In this document: piece after piece, positions 50,958-62,800 of the stretch
Numbering within the stretch: position 1 is the first letter of the stretch
How the letters are laid out: each line of letters opens with the position of its first letter
Assembly (NCBI GenBank): GCA_000708835.1
Contig: DF237341.1
Location: forward strand, 1-64,000
DNA length: 64,000 nucleotides
Source of the DNA: Klebsormidium nitens
Taxonomy: Eukaryota; Plantae; Klebsormidiophyceae
Direction of reading: 5' to 3'
The notes under the pieces: generated by a model
What the model was told of the DNA's origin: nothing
What the model saw: only the letters and a program-made list of their open reading frames with translations
Database searches by the model: none
Program-made: the position numbers and the translations under genes

Positions 50958-53771
50958 GGGCGCGCTGCCACCGCAGAAAGGATGGCAGAATTGCGTTGGC
51001 ACCGCCTGTCTTAGCAACGTGCATGCGTCAGTCGCCCTGGCCGGGCAACTCAGGGGGACCAAACGCCCCAGGTAAATAGGTTAGCAACATGAACAGTGTT
51101 CCAGCAGCCAAACGGCTTACCTATTGCCCGGAGCCGAAAACTTGTGGGATTGAACCTCCACAGGGTCACCATCGAAACCCCGTGGTTTCGTGTCCGGGCA
51201 AAACGCCGTTTAGGAGATGTAGAGGGCTGGTTTAGGTGGGTTTCACAGCCAAAAACACATTAACCTTCTTCTAACAGTCTTCTTAACCCTCGCCTCAGAC
51301 CAACCGAGGACCGCATCGGCCTCGGGACATCAGAATAAGCAATCTTGACCGTCAAAGTCAGGGAATTTCTCATCTGACGGTGCGGAACATGGTTCGCGGA
51401 CTTTGAGTGGTGTTTGGTCCCCCTGGGGCGACTACAGTAGTCTATAGGTAATAGGGTTTGCGATTTGGGTCACACATACGTAGGGTTCCGTCACATTTGT
51501 ACCTGGTCGGTACCCCCCCTTTTCGCCGTTCCAAGTTTACATCTATATAAGCTCAGCTCGTTCGTAGCCATATTTTGCCGGGAGCCAAAAGATTGTTTCG
51601 AAAGCGAGTCTACTGCAAATTGAATATCGCAAAGGGTGGGTTCGACCGTAGACGTGAAACCATCAATATCTACGGCCCGGGCTCTCACCTATAGAGCTTC
51701 GCGTAGCTTCTAATATCGGGCCCGACATCGCATCGCCGCGGCCGGCGCGGGGGTACCACGTTAACCTACACTGTAAGTTAAAGACGGTACTTTTCAATCT
51801 GCTTCTTCATACTTAATACTAAACTTCTCAGCACACGTTGTCCATAGAATCGCGCCCTCTTTCTACATAAATATTCGTTTATCGTCGAAACCGCCGGTTT
51901 CGAAGCCGTGGGCCCTGGCAATTTTGAGTTTAGCGACAGAATCTGATGACGGGTCGTAGCTCACGTCATTTGCATCGAACTGAATGTACAGCCATTTTGA
52001 GAGGCCGTCGAAAACAACTCCTCGGGGAACCTCAGTAGAGCGACCGTCTTCCAAGGAAATACAAGCTTCAAGTCGCTGCGCTGTTATATCCGGGGCAGCA
52101 ACGCGAAAGTAGAATTGACTTTCTCGAAATTCGTTAGGTACCGTTGTAGACTGCCCTGGTAGCGTGGGTCACAGCATCGCCCGTCAGTCTGACTCTGAGT
52201 CTCAGCTGGCAGATGCTCTCGACTCGAGAACAAAGTTCGGTGATCGATCTGCAAGTGAAGCTTCCCACGCAGCTTCGGCTTCCAACTTCAGGTTCTCCCT
52301 GCAGTGGAGTTCTCCCGGCGTTTGGAGTGGCACCAGCATGGAGGATTTCAGCAGGGAGTCCAAGATGTGCACTAGATTCCTGAAGCAAGACAGACCTAAG
52401 CTTTTTGCATTTTCAGGAGATTAAGGTGCGGAGCATCGTGGAAGACGAGCAAGACGAATTCAGGAATTCTACGGCGCATGGTTAGTCGTTGAGGTAAGGG
52501 CCCACTGGTTTATTTCCGAGGTCACCTGTCACCTAAAGGAGCTGTTGTCAAGCTGGCAGCCTTGTTGAGCGACTTGTAGAAATTTTTGACTCCTCATCAT
52601 TGAGTCGTCCTCAGCAGTCAAGCATCGCTCCGCTGGCTGTGAGTACCAAGATAATGTTCTTGGAAAGCAATTGGATTATTGCACATGCCGAGGAAATGGT
52701 ACAATGTGCAAAGTTTGCACATGATCAGTGCCATAGAGCAAACCCCCCTGGCCAAACAGAGCGCTCAAAGCTAGAGGCATCTCAATCAAAGTGATAGTTG
52801 GTGTTTTATTGTACTTGTTCAGTTTCCTTTAATAGGTGGATGCACGTTACTCAATGGCAGTGTAAAATGGTCGCAAAGCTTGGGAGCTGTGAGCGCTGAA
52901 CACCCCTTGCTAACGTTGTCTCCTTCTTTGGATCCTGTTTGAAAGTCGCGCAACATATGGCATCGCCTCAGGTCACATGCATCAGCTCTCACAGCTGTCA
53001 GGACTGTCCAAGTTTTGTGGGCCCCCTTCATCTGCTTCAAGTTTGCGCCCATTGCTAGTAAAGGCATCAAACTTACAATGCTCACAACTTGAAGAGCTTG
53101 TTTGAGATCTGGCTTTGAGCCATCTGACCGCCTCCGGCAATTGGACAAACTTTCTGCTTTTTCTTCCTCGTCATTGTGAGTGCTAAAGTCTCAAACAAGG
53201 ACTCTGGCTTCTTCTTCGTTGTCCCTGTTTAGAGGGGAGCAACTCAGTTGAGACTATCTGAAGTTTCTTCAGGTTTGCCCCATGTCACTGACTTGACTCC
53301 TGGATGGGGTACCCAAACGTGTGTGAGATGTTGTGTGAGATGTTTCGCAGATACTTATGCCTTTCAAAGGTCCAGCACAGATTTTTTGCCCAAGATTATC
53401 ATACTTGTTCAGCTTTTGTGGTGGTGGGTGCATGAAGCTAACATTGTTCATTGTATCTCCTTAGGAGGTTTCGTTAAACGTGGTGCCTTCAGGGGCTACT
53501 TGGAGCCTGATGTGCAGTTGGCTTTTGATGCTGCTGCCAAGCAAACATTGAAACGTTAAGAGCAACGCTTTAAGGAGCTACTAGTGAGATCCAAGGACTC
53601 CCCCTACAAAACGCTCTTTGTCTCTCCTCCGTGCATCTCCTCTGTGCGGCTGGTTGGTGCTGATTGCCTTTACCTGTCTTCGCTGCAGATTCTCGGCAAC
53701 GTGAACCCCCAAGTTACTTACTGGGCACGGCTTCGATCTGTCTACTGACTACACCACTCACAGTCTTCACC

Positions 53772-54257
53772 ATGATTCGCCCGGTGGCGCCAGAGGACAC
53801 GCCCACTCTTGTAGCCACGGCTGCGGCCACTGGCTTGTTTTCTCATGATGAGGCGGAGGGTTTTTTTGGGGTGCTGTTGGACGACCTGCACGCAGGACGG
53901 CTAGGAGATGGTCATCTTGCTCATGCATGGGCTAATGAGATTACAGGCAAGATAGCCGGGTGGGTATACTTTTCACCGGAGAAACATGCGGAGACAGTTT
54001 GGCAGTTGTGGTTCATTGGAGTGGACCCCAGCTGGCAAGGACGGGGAGTTGGCAGTGAGCTGCTCCAAGATGTTGAGTCCCACGTCGTAAGGGCAGGGGG
54101 TCGGCTCCTTTTGATTGAAACAAGCTCGTTGCTTGACAGGACTCAATCGTTCTACACTAAGCGGGGCTATACAAGGTGTGGACAAATACCGGACTTCTAT
54201 GCAGATGGGGATGATAAAGTAATATTTGTGAAGCGGGTGAAAACCGAGTCGTCGTGA
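53772..54257 (+). CDS. GNAT-family N-acetyltransferase, 161 aa, intronless core, bacterial-like
   Basis: MIRP..PED, motif A IGVDPSWQGRGVGSELL, LLIETSS, FYTKRGY, IPDFYADGDDKVIF. A splice acceptor at 53687-53688 may add a 5' exon. Confidence 0.9.
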   Translation: MIRPVAPEDTPTLVATAAATGLFSHDEAEGFFGVLLDDLHAGRLGDGHLAHAWANEITGKIAGWVYFSPEKHAETVWQLWFIGVDPSWQGRGVGSELLQDVESHVVRAGGRLLLIETSSLLDRTQSFYTKRGYTRCGQIPDFYADGDDKVIFVKRVKTESS

Positions 54258-55063
54258 GCATAATGGCCCAACAAACCGAGCTTGGTTCGTACTAATTGCC
54301 TGCAGTTTCAAATTCAATGGAGCCATCTATGTCCTACCAAATAAAACAGATTTTCCTTCAATGGATTCCTAGCCAACTTTTTGCGATTTTTGCGTTGTAG
54401 GAAAACACGAGAACTCTTGTCAGTTTGGGTCGATCGTGATCCTGCATCTAGATGCTCGGGATCGGTGGTCACGTTCTTCAAGTTGTGGTGATCAGCTTGA
54501 CAGACTCCGATTTTGATCATGCAATCGTGGGATCGTATATATGCCTTCGGTCATGAGGCAATGATGATGATGATGAGGCGCATCCTAAGACGTTGACCAT
54601 CAAAGCATGACCATTGGGCCGATCGCGAATGGGCTTGAATCCTTGGGCCTGCATGGCATCATGTGGGTTAGTACCATGCCCATGTCACTTTAACCAGGCT
54701 ACTACAGTAGCATGCTCGGAAGTTGCGTTTGGTAAGTAGATCTTGCACAGTGTCGTTCAAGCATGAGCACGAGAGCATTGCCGGGACTCCAGTACTAGCT
54801 CGGAATCATCCAGATATCCATTGCCGCCGGGGTCCATACGTCTACTAGTAAGCCTTTGGGAATAAAAGATTGGTGCCAGATATTGTTCTCGAAACTTGGC
54901 CCCAGGTCGCGCGATCGTAGAAGGGCGTCATCATCGAAAGACTCTCAGATAATGAATTGAACGCCAGGGATCAATGCTAGGAGCTAGGTTTGGACTAACG
55001 TAGCCCCTTCGAGATTGGTAGGGTAGTTAGGCGTTCGAACCTCAAACATCAAGTCCCATGTAT

Positions 55064-55116
55064 GCCATGGAAGCCTATGGCCCATGTGGCTACGGCGTTT
55101 TGAAAAGAGAACATCA
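55064..55116 (+). repeat. Dispersed intergenic motif, copy C
   Basis: GCCATGGAAGCCTATGGCCCATGTGGCTACGGCG...CATCA. Confidence 0.5.
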
Positions 55117-55676
55117 AAGGTACCGTTCATACCGTACTGCCTAGTCCTAGTATTAGTAACAGAAGACCCAAAGACCATTGTGATTCGAATTGCTGAAATG
55201 ATCTGGAGAAGTAATAGAAAGCAGAAGGGACCGCCATGTGTCCAGCCTCAATGATCGGACGGCTCAGCGTACTCGCATTCGAGTCGCCGTCTGACATTTC
55301 GATCACCAGAAAGGCTGGGTCCTGGCATGCGAGTCGTGACATTAGGTATAAGAGCAGCAGAGCAGCACGTACACTGCTCAAGCTGGCACGTCCAGTACAC
55401 TGTACAGCCGGTAGTTGGCGGCTGCGTACAGCTGTATATGGGCCCATGCATGTCATTCCTATGTCATTATAACAACGTGCATATCATTGCTGCCTTCCTC
55501 CGATGTCTCCCCCGGCTCTGTCGGCCAGTTGAAAAAAAACTTTTGGAGCAGAGATATATACTGAACGATATCAATCTCCTCATCGCAGCCCTCCCTGGCA
55601 AGCTCGTGCCACTGTCCGTAACCTTTTGCCTTCTCTCTGTCCTCTGCTCTTTCTGCCGCGTAAAGTTCTATTGGTC

Positions 55677-58600
55677 ATGGGGCCAGCTACCAGGTCGAAG
55701 CGCGCCAATGAGCCAAATAAGGAGCAGCCGGACTCCCTTGGCATGCTCATGCGAGGTAGGTGTGCTCCAGGTAAAGTGAGCTGGCAGGGGCCAACGCCCA
55801 CCAAAAGATACGCTACTTGCTTCACAGTGGGCAGGTGCCGTGCTCGGGCATGGTAGGGCTCAGGGCTGAGTATGTGCGTTGCTTGGGACTGCAGCTGCAG
55901 TCTCGGCGTGCATGCTTGATGATCCTTGGCTTTGGCTCTTACTTTCTGGGACGCTGGTTCAGTGTTAACGTGGCTGTTTACATGCAACGGTCTGCAGTCA
56001 TTGGCATCATTGTTGCACTGGGTTGTGTTCTGCGTTCTCTGTTGACCCCCAGCTGATTTTGTCCAGAGTTGATCTGGTTCAAGCTGTCCTTCAAGGCTTT
56101 GACTTTACCACCTGTGGCTATCTTTCTTCAGTTAGTGAGGTCAAGTGTCAGCTCATCAAAGTGTGCTTCAATAGCACAATCCAGCCGTGTGAACTCATGC
56201 ATGCACAGAACGTCTTGAGCCCGATAGCTGCAGCCCCTCCTCAGAAAGGATCGCAGCCATATCCAACAATACAGTGGCGCTGCGCACTTCACTTCAAAAA
56301 TTTCTACAGGGCTTCTGGTCAAATCTGCTCTGATGCCAGATGAACAATGTGGACTCCTTGTCCAAGGAGTTCAGCCACTCTCTGTGGGAGAGCGCGGGGC
56401 TTTGCTCTCTGACCCCTCGCGGTATCAGGCAGCACATTTACCATGCCTATGTTTGGCGCTGATGGTTCACGCACCAGGGCGAATTGTCATTGGGCTGCCC
56501 CCTCATCAGAGCTGGGGTTCTGGATGCAGATGAGAAGCGGCGGGCAGGTGCGCGCACGCACGGGGACATCTGGCAGGAGCACCGGAAGCCCTCTTCGAAA
56601 GCGGACACGACAAGCAAGAAACGAAAGAAGAGTGCTGAGAAGAAGGCAGCAGAGGAGACGGGCGAGGATGACGCCTTCAAAGTTCTGCAAGCAGGTGATG
56701 CCCCCTTCAGCAATGACGCGCAGGCTGGGCACCGCTTTTGAGCTCTTGGCAGCAATCCATTGATTCCAACTTGTGCCCAGGAACCTTGGTGCGCTGGTAA
56801 GTGGGGAAGTGAGTTGTCTGCTTCTGAATCAATCGAGTTTGTGTGGCGAAACATTGGACGACCTTGAACATTGTGCAGAGCAGAAAACGAAGACGACAAA
56901 GAGGAAAAGCGGAGAGCCTTTCGAGGAAAAGAAAGAACCAGCAAAGAAGGCGCCAAAGCGAAAAAGCGAAGAGCCTTCGAAGGAGAAAGAAGAGCCACGA
57001 AAGCGGGCGCGGAAGGATACAGAGACGAAGGACGAACCGCAGGAGAGAGACACCAAGTCTGCCGAAGGTAAAGACTGCGTCCTCGATTGCTGACGAATTC
57101 GACTAACACAGTCAGTGAACACTATCAATGTTCGAGTGCTGACCCACGAGGAGCATCAGTGACCACATGCTGAAATTTTCCTCTTAACGAGCCGTCAATC
57201 TAGTTATCTAGTGTATTTTCATTGGTCAAACAAGTGAGTTTTTTCGTAACATCTTCTATGCACTGACTTTCTTGAGTCACAGTTTCACCCCTTTTTCCAC
57301 TCCCTATGGCAGAGCCCGGTGCAAAGGCGGCTCCCGACAGCGGGGACGCCAGTGGGCAGCAGGGCGGCGGTGGGGCGGTGAGCGGGGTGGTCACCATCAA
57401 CCGGGCCCCGACCCTGACGCTCTGGGTTGCGACGGTGGCGGAGAGGCAGGGGTACAAGGCCGAGGAGGCCCTTACGTTCGGCAAGTACGTCTCGGGGGTG
57501 TTTGCGCAATCAAAAGGTGAGGCAGAGCTTCGCCTGCCACACATCGCGACCAAAGGCCCATGCGCGGAGTTTTCGTGAAAATGCTGATTGTGACACTGTC
57601 GAGCTTTCATCAGCTTGTCTTGGAGACGCACGTTGGGCAAGAACCGTTGACCCATGACGGCTGGTAGAGCAATTCTGGGCTCCTCTCTGAGCAACCTCCA
57701 CGCGAAATCTATCTGGCCCCTCGACCTTCACTACGTGACGCCTTCTTTGACCACTCTGCCGCTATCTAGTAAGTCGTTCCCTGGCAAAGAGCGACTCTCG
57801 TCCTAATCCATTGATCCTGTCTTTAAACATTCTCGGGTCACGGATTCGCGGCCAGACCCATTGTCTTCATATGACCCAAACTTCCTGCTTTCTTCTGCAC
57901 AACTGTTCGGCTATCGGCTGACGCCAGGCCGCGCTCCCGTGTGTGCAGGCAAGTCGATCGGCGTGATCGAGGCCGACCCCGAGAAGGAGGCGCAGGTCAA
58001 GGAGGCGAAGCGGGAGCAGCGGCGCGGGCTGGACAAAGTGCCGGTGTTCGGGATGAATATCACCGTCAAGAAGACGCCCGAGGGCCAGGTGCGCGCGCTG
58101 GAGGCGGGCGGGAAGCCCATCGAGCCGCGCACGGTCAAGGCGTACCTGCACCGCGCGTTCAAGGACAGGCTGGACGACGCGCAGAGTGAGCGGCAGCAGC
58201 GCGAAACTGATTTCCTTCGTCGAGGTCCGTGACCATCTTGGCGAGCGGCTGGTATTTGTGACGTTTCTCTTTGATTCCCGCGTGCCCAAGGCTCTTTTGG
58301 CCGTTTGGATTGGCTCTCAGGTTCGCGGCCCGCTTTTGGATGCGCTGGCGAGATTGAGAGCAGGTTTGATTTCCAGGAGTGTATGCGTGGCTGCTCGACC
58401 ATTTGGTGAAGAACGTCCTTGCTTGGGCCATCCTGTCCTTGCTTGGGCCATCCAGGATTCGCGCGAATCAGTCTGTTGTGAGGGCAGCTGGTCTTACAGA
58501 TAAGCCCTGTTCTGCTGACGTCAGCCGATGATTGTTTTGCCGCAGAAGCCATGGAGGCTCTGGCCGCGGCGTACCCCGCAGAGGAGGTTGGGAAGAAGGC

Positions 58601-58727
58601 GTACCACTTGTACGAGCGGTTCCGACCGACGGTACCGCAAGGCAAAAAGGGGTGGGGAGGGAAAGGCGAGCTAGACCTGGATCTAATCTCAAACAAGATG
58701 GTGCAGGAAAGCTCAGCGAGAGGCTGA
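55677..58727 (+). CDS. Uncharacterised protein: Lys/Glu-rich N-terminus plus conserved C-terminal domain, about 6 exons
   Basis: In-frame phase-1 exons at 55677, about 56530, 56879, 57311, 57949 and 58548. They give INRAPTLTLWVATVAERQGY..EALTFGK...YLHRAF...AMEALA..YP...AYHLYERFRP...KGWGGKGELDLDLI. Stop at 58725-58727. The 5' exons are less certain. Confidence 0.75.
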
Positions 58728-59847
58728 GAGCACTTTACGGTAAAGGAGTGTTGTACATTGGTGTACATACTGTATATGACGGCCGTCTAGGTTACAATTT
58801 GTACATTGAATCTGGATTTACGTTGAGTTGCATTCAAGTTTTCCTAATGAAAGCCGCAGAGAAGTGAAGTCCGTTGTGCTACTGAGACTTGTCTCAACAA
58901 GATTGCGGGTATAACGATCAGCCTGCGGGCCTGGCTTACGTCTTTCTTTATGCGAAAGTCAATGTCGCCTGGCCAGCTTTGATCATCTCGAATTTGCACG
59001 GCGGTTGGCTTCTCTGCCAAGGGCAAGCCTCAGTGATTGGGCGCCTGCGCTGCATGTACATGGGGCCATGAACATGGACATACAGCAGGCTTTGTTAAAG
59101 CTCATGCATGACAGGCCATGGACCAACCATGAATCGTCCTTCGGACAGGTTTCGTAACACATGGTACTGACAGAGAAAAATAGAGAACTTCAAAGCGATA
59201 CTAAGCGACACGCGCAGCCAGTGTGCCGTCATGGAAATCAATAGATTTTCAACACATGTCATGGAAAATGCGCCTAACAATACCGAGGCATGCAAGCCGC
59301 GCGTCTCAAAAGAGCTTCTCAACATTGGGACGATGGTAGCACGCAACCGTTACCAGAGATCATCAGATATCAATCGGCGCGTTGCCAAACCCCCGCTACT
59401 ACACACCGCATTGCGTGACCAACTTGCAGCATGCTTGCGCTCCGGTTTCGGCAGCTCAGCTTCAAGAACTACCCGTCGACAATCAATCCATAGGTGCAAC
59501 ATACACGTGGAGCTGAGCATGTTAGGATCGACAACAAAGCTTTGTCGCTAAACTCAATCTAAATGGTGCAGATTGACTCTTTGCCACGGCTGCCAATTGC
59601 TGTACGGATCCAACTGATTTACCGTATGATCAGCTTGACAGGCTAAGTTCACGAGCCTACAATTTGACAGTGAGTCAGAGAGTGACAAAACGTAAGCAGA
59701 AAAGGCGAACCCGGGCTTTTGGTCGTGCCCCCTGCTTAGATTGAATCTTCTCAACTGTATACAGGGGTTGGAATTTTTGATTGACTAGTTGATTCCAATA
59801 AACCTGGAGCATCAATAGACGGGGCAGACCGCCCTCTGCGAGACTGA

Positions 59848-62800
59848 TCATTGTCTTACTTTTGCACAGACTAGGCCTAGTTTTGCTCTATATTGACAGG
59901 CGAGTAGTACCTTTTCTTGCTCCGGTGTCCACGGAAGCGCCCCTGTTGACGCATGCTGCAATCCCTTGAACTTCAGTTCCAGGAGCCTGCACACGAGCAT
60001 TCTCTTGATGTCAGCACGAAAGCGGACCTGGAATCAGCGCCACGGTGACAGAAAAGTTCGGAAGAGGCATGTTCGAGCTCAACACCACTTACAAGGAACA
60101 TCGAAGAGCAGCTCAGAAGCGAGCAGGATTCCAAGACGTTAATCACAACGGTATCCGTTCGTATGCATCAAGGCCTGTTTTGGATGAAACAAATTCGAAC
60201 GTTCGTGGTTACAGGTTCAATCATAAAAAGTTGCTTTCCGCAGGCCTGCTCCGCCCCGGCTTACTTGCGCACGGCAGGCGTATCCCCATGCCCTGTGGCC
60301 ACGATGAGCAGCGCGTTTGGCGGGAGGCCCTGGTACACGGCATGCACGCGCGCATCCAGCCGCTGCAGCACGGCCTCCAGCGCCGCTGACACCGGGGGGA
60401 CCGCCACGTCCGCCCCGCTCGGGCTGCACGTCAGCAGGGCCGAGATGGCGGCGATAGAGGCCGCCACCGCGGTGGGTGTCCGAGCCATCTCTGCACAGAG
60501 GCAAGCAGGCGAGGGGGTGAGGACACTCATCAAGCAGGCTCCAATGGTTGTCGCCCCAACCAGAACAAGGTGCGCGGACAAAGACAGCCGGCGGCTGGGG
60601 CCGTAGAGCTTGCATAACAACGTACATGCATCTGCTTACGGGTTGCAACACCAGGCAGTGCTGCGGCTTGTCTGGCTGCGGGGCGTTACCTTCGTGGTGG
60701 GTGGTCAGCTCTGCGAGGCGCGCCCAGAGGAAGCGCGTGGCGGGGGTGTGCGCCTCCTTGCGGACCTTGGCCACCACCTCGTCGTCCGACTCCGCAATCA
60801 CCGCACCGGACGTCCCCACCGCAAACCGGCGCAGCAGCCTGCAGCACAAATTTGAAACGGTTGGTAAGAGGCGAAGGGAGTCGGCCATGTTGCGAATCAA
60901 AGTATGCGATAACAATGGGCAGCAGGCTTTGAGCATCGGTGCCCAGCAAGCAATCCCGCCGTTTGCGAGAGAGAGCCGTGATGGGAAACAAGCAACGCCG
61001 CGTACCTCCTGCGGTCAACCAGCGTGCAGCGCTTGCCCTTCCTGCCCAGCAGCTCGATCAAGCTCTCTCCTATGATCGCCCGGGCCTCCCCGAAAGAAGG
61101 GCCTGCACAGGAGGGTGGGTATCCAATAACGCTCAGCGATTTGAAGCTCACAGGGAGGTGAAAGCCGACTCGGCAAAAGGTCACCTCCAGTGACAGCAGG
61201 ACTCAAGCTTGACCGCGCCCAAAGCATTTTCTGACCCGAACAAAACAAACTCCGCGAACCCCTTAAGGACTGTAAGCGGAAGGATCGATGTCGCAGGCAG
61301 CAACGAGAGCAGCAGTGGGGATGCGCTTACCGTTCTGTATTTTGAGCTGCGCCAGCTCCATGGTCGCCCGCGCGTCCTCCACGCTGTCGTGGCCCTTGTC
61401 GCCCCCCTGGATTGTGCGGTGCAAGTGGCGCTCTGCCAACACACGCAGCGCGGGCTGCAAAAATGAAGAGACAGGTGACGGAAACCGCGAGGAAGCATCA
61501 AAGGAGCTCAACGCAAATCCGGGTAGTGTCGCTGCAAGTGGCGAACCGAGTCATGGTGCGGTTCGAAGAAGTAGACGAAGTTCGGCGGATGCTCCTATTA
61601 AGTGGGGCGGTTGTTCGCATTAGTTTGATCGAGGGCACCGTTTTCGTGACACTCCCGTGGAGCTTGTTCGTTCTTTACAGCATGAAAAGAACTTCTCGAC
61701 TGCTTGCTTGGCGGCTCTTTGCAACGAAAGAGGCGGCTGCTAGCACGGCCAAACTCTGAGCAATGAAGAAACGATCGACGAACAACCCCAAGAGGCCGGT
61801 GTCCGTCGATCTCATGTGAGAAGTATGACAACGATGCTGTAACCTTGACTGCAATTGAAAAGAGGGACACACGTGTATCGCGTAGCCATCTGGGTGGTCC
61901 TCTATCGGATCGCTGACGTGCCACAGCATTTACCGTCCTTGTCTCTGGCAAGCAGCGGCAGTGAAACCGGATCCCGCAGCGCAGACTGAGATGGCAAAAT
62001 GTTGAGAATCACCTTGTAGGGGGGTCCACGGGGATGTGGAAACGCCAGCGCGGTGTCAATGTTGTTGCCGTGTATCAACTGCGGTGCAGCAGCGCAGGGT
62101 CAGCCTTCCGCAAAAAGCAGCAGAGGGGGATGCACCAAAGCACAAGGCAGGCCGGAGCGTGCGCTCCAGGGGGCGCCTTGGTGTAGGTCAGAAACCCCCG
62201 ATGCAATGCACGAAGGTATATATTGGGATGGGCGACAGCGAGGGGGACACGGGGCAAGCCGCTGAGCTAAGAGCGGATGCGCACCTTGAGGGCCTGCAGG
62301 TCGCTCTGCAGGGAGTGGCCCACCAGAATGGTCTCCGCGCTCACCAGCTCCAGCAGCTCTGCCTGCCAACACAACACGTCAGCACCGGCCAGGCGTGCAC
62401 CAACACAGCTGCGATGACACACAGCTGACATGGAGAAGCAAGTCGCTTGCAAACCTTGATGACAAGGACACTCGGAAGAGATTGGACGGAGTAACAGCCG
62501 GGCGGCATCACCTGGATGTCCTGCAAGGTGGTGGTCACGTCTTGAAGCATCTCGGCCGTAATACCGCTGAACCTGCAGTGAAGACGAAGTCAAGCCGGTC
62601 AAAAGAGCACCAAAGCAGGATCCTCATCGTTACACCGGCTTCGACTCCTCCAGCTGTTACGAGCAAGCTTCCGACCTGTCTGCACAGCCGTTGCAAGGTC
62701 GTGTAGGAGAAGCAGCTCGTTCACCAGCAGCAGAGGCCCGCAAACACAAAGGAAGGCTGTCCACAAGCCACCTAGGGCCGTGACCTTTTGCTAGGCTTGA

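Noticed and set aside
51509-51757. GGTACCCCC...GGGGGTACC inverted 9-mers, similar to the 9317 MITE ends
   Set aside because: Match does not extend in either direction and there is no TSD.
55119-55145. CTAGT after motif copy C as a Helitron 3' end
   Set aside because: No GC-rich hairpin at the expected distance, and copies A and B lack an equivalent end.
59160-59551. Open frame of about 125 codons between convergent 3' ends
   Set aside because: No motif or splice support; likely chance or UTR.
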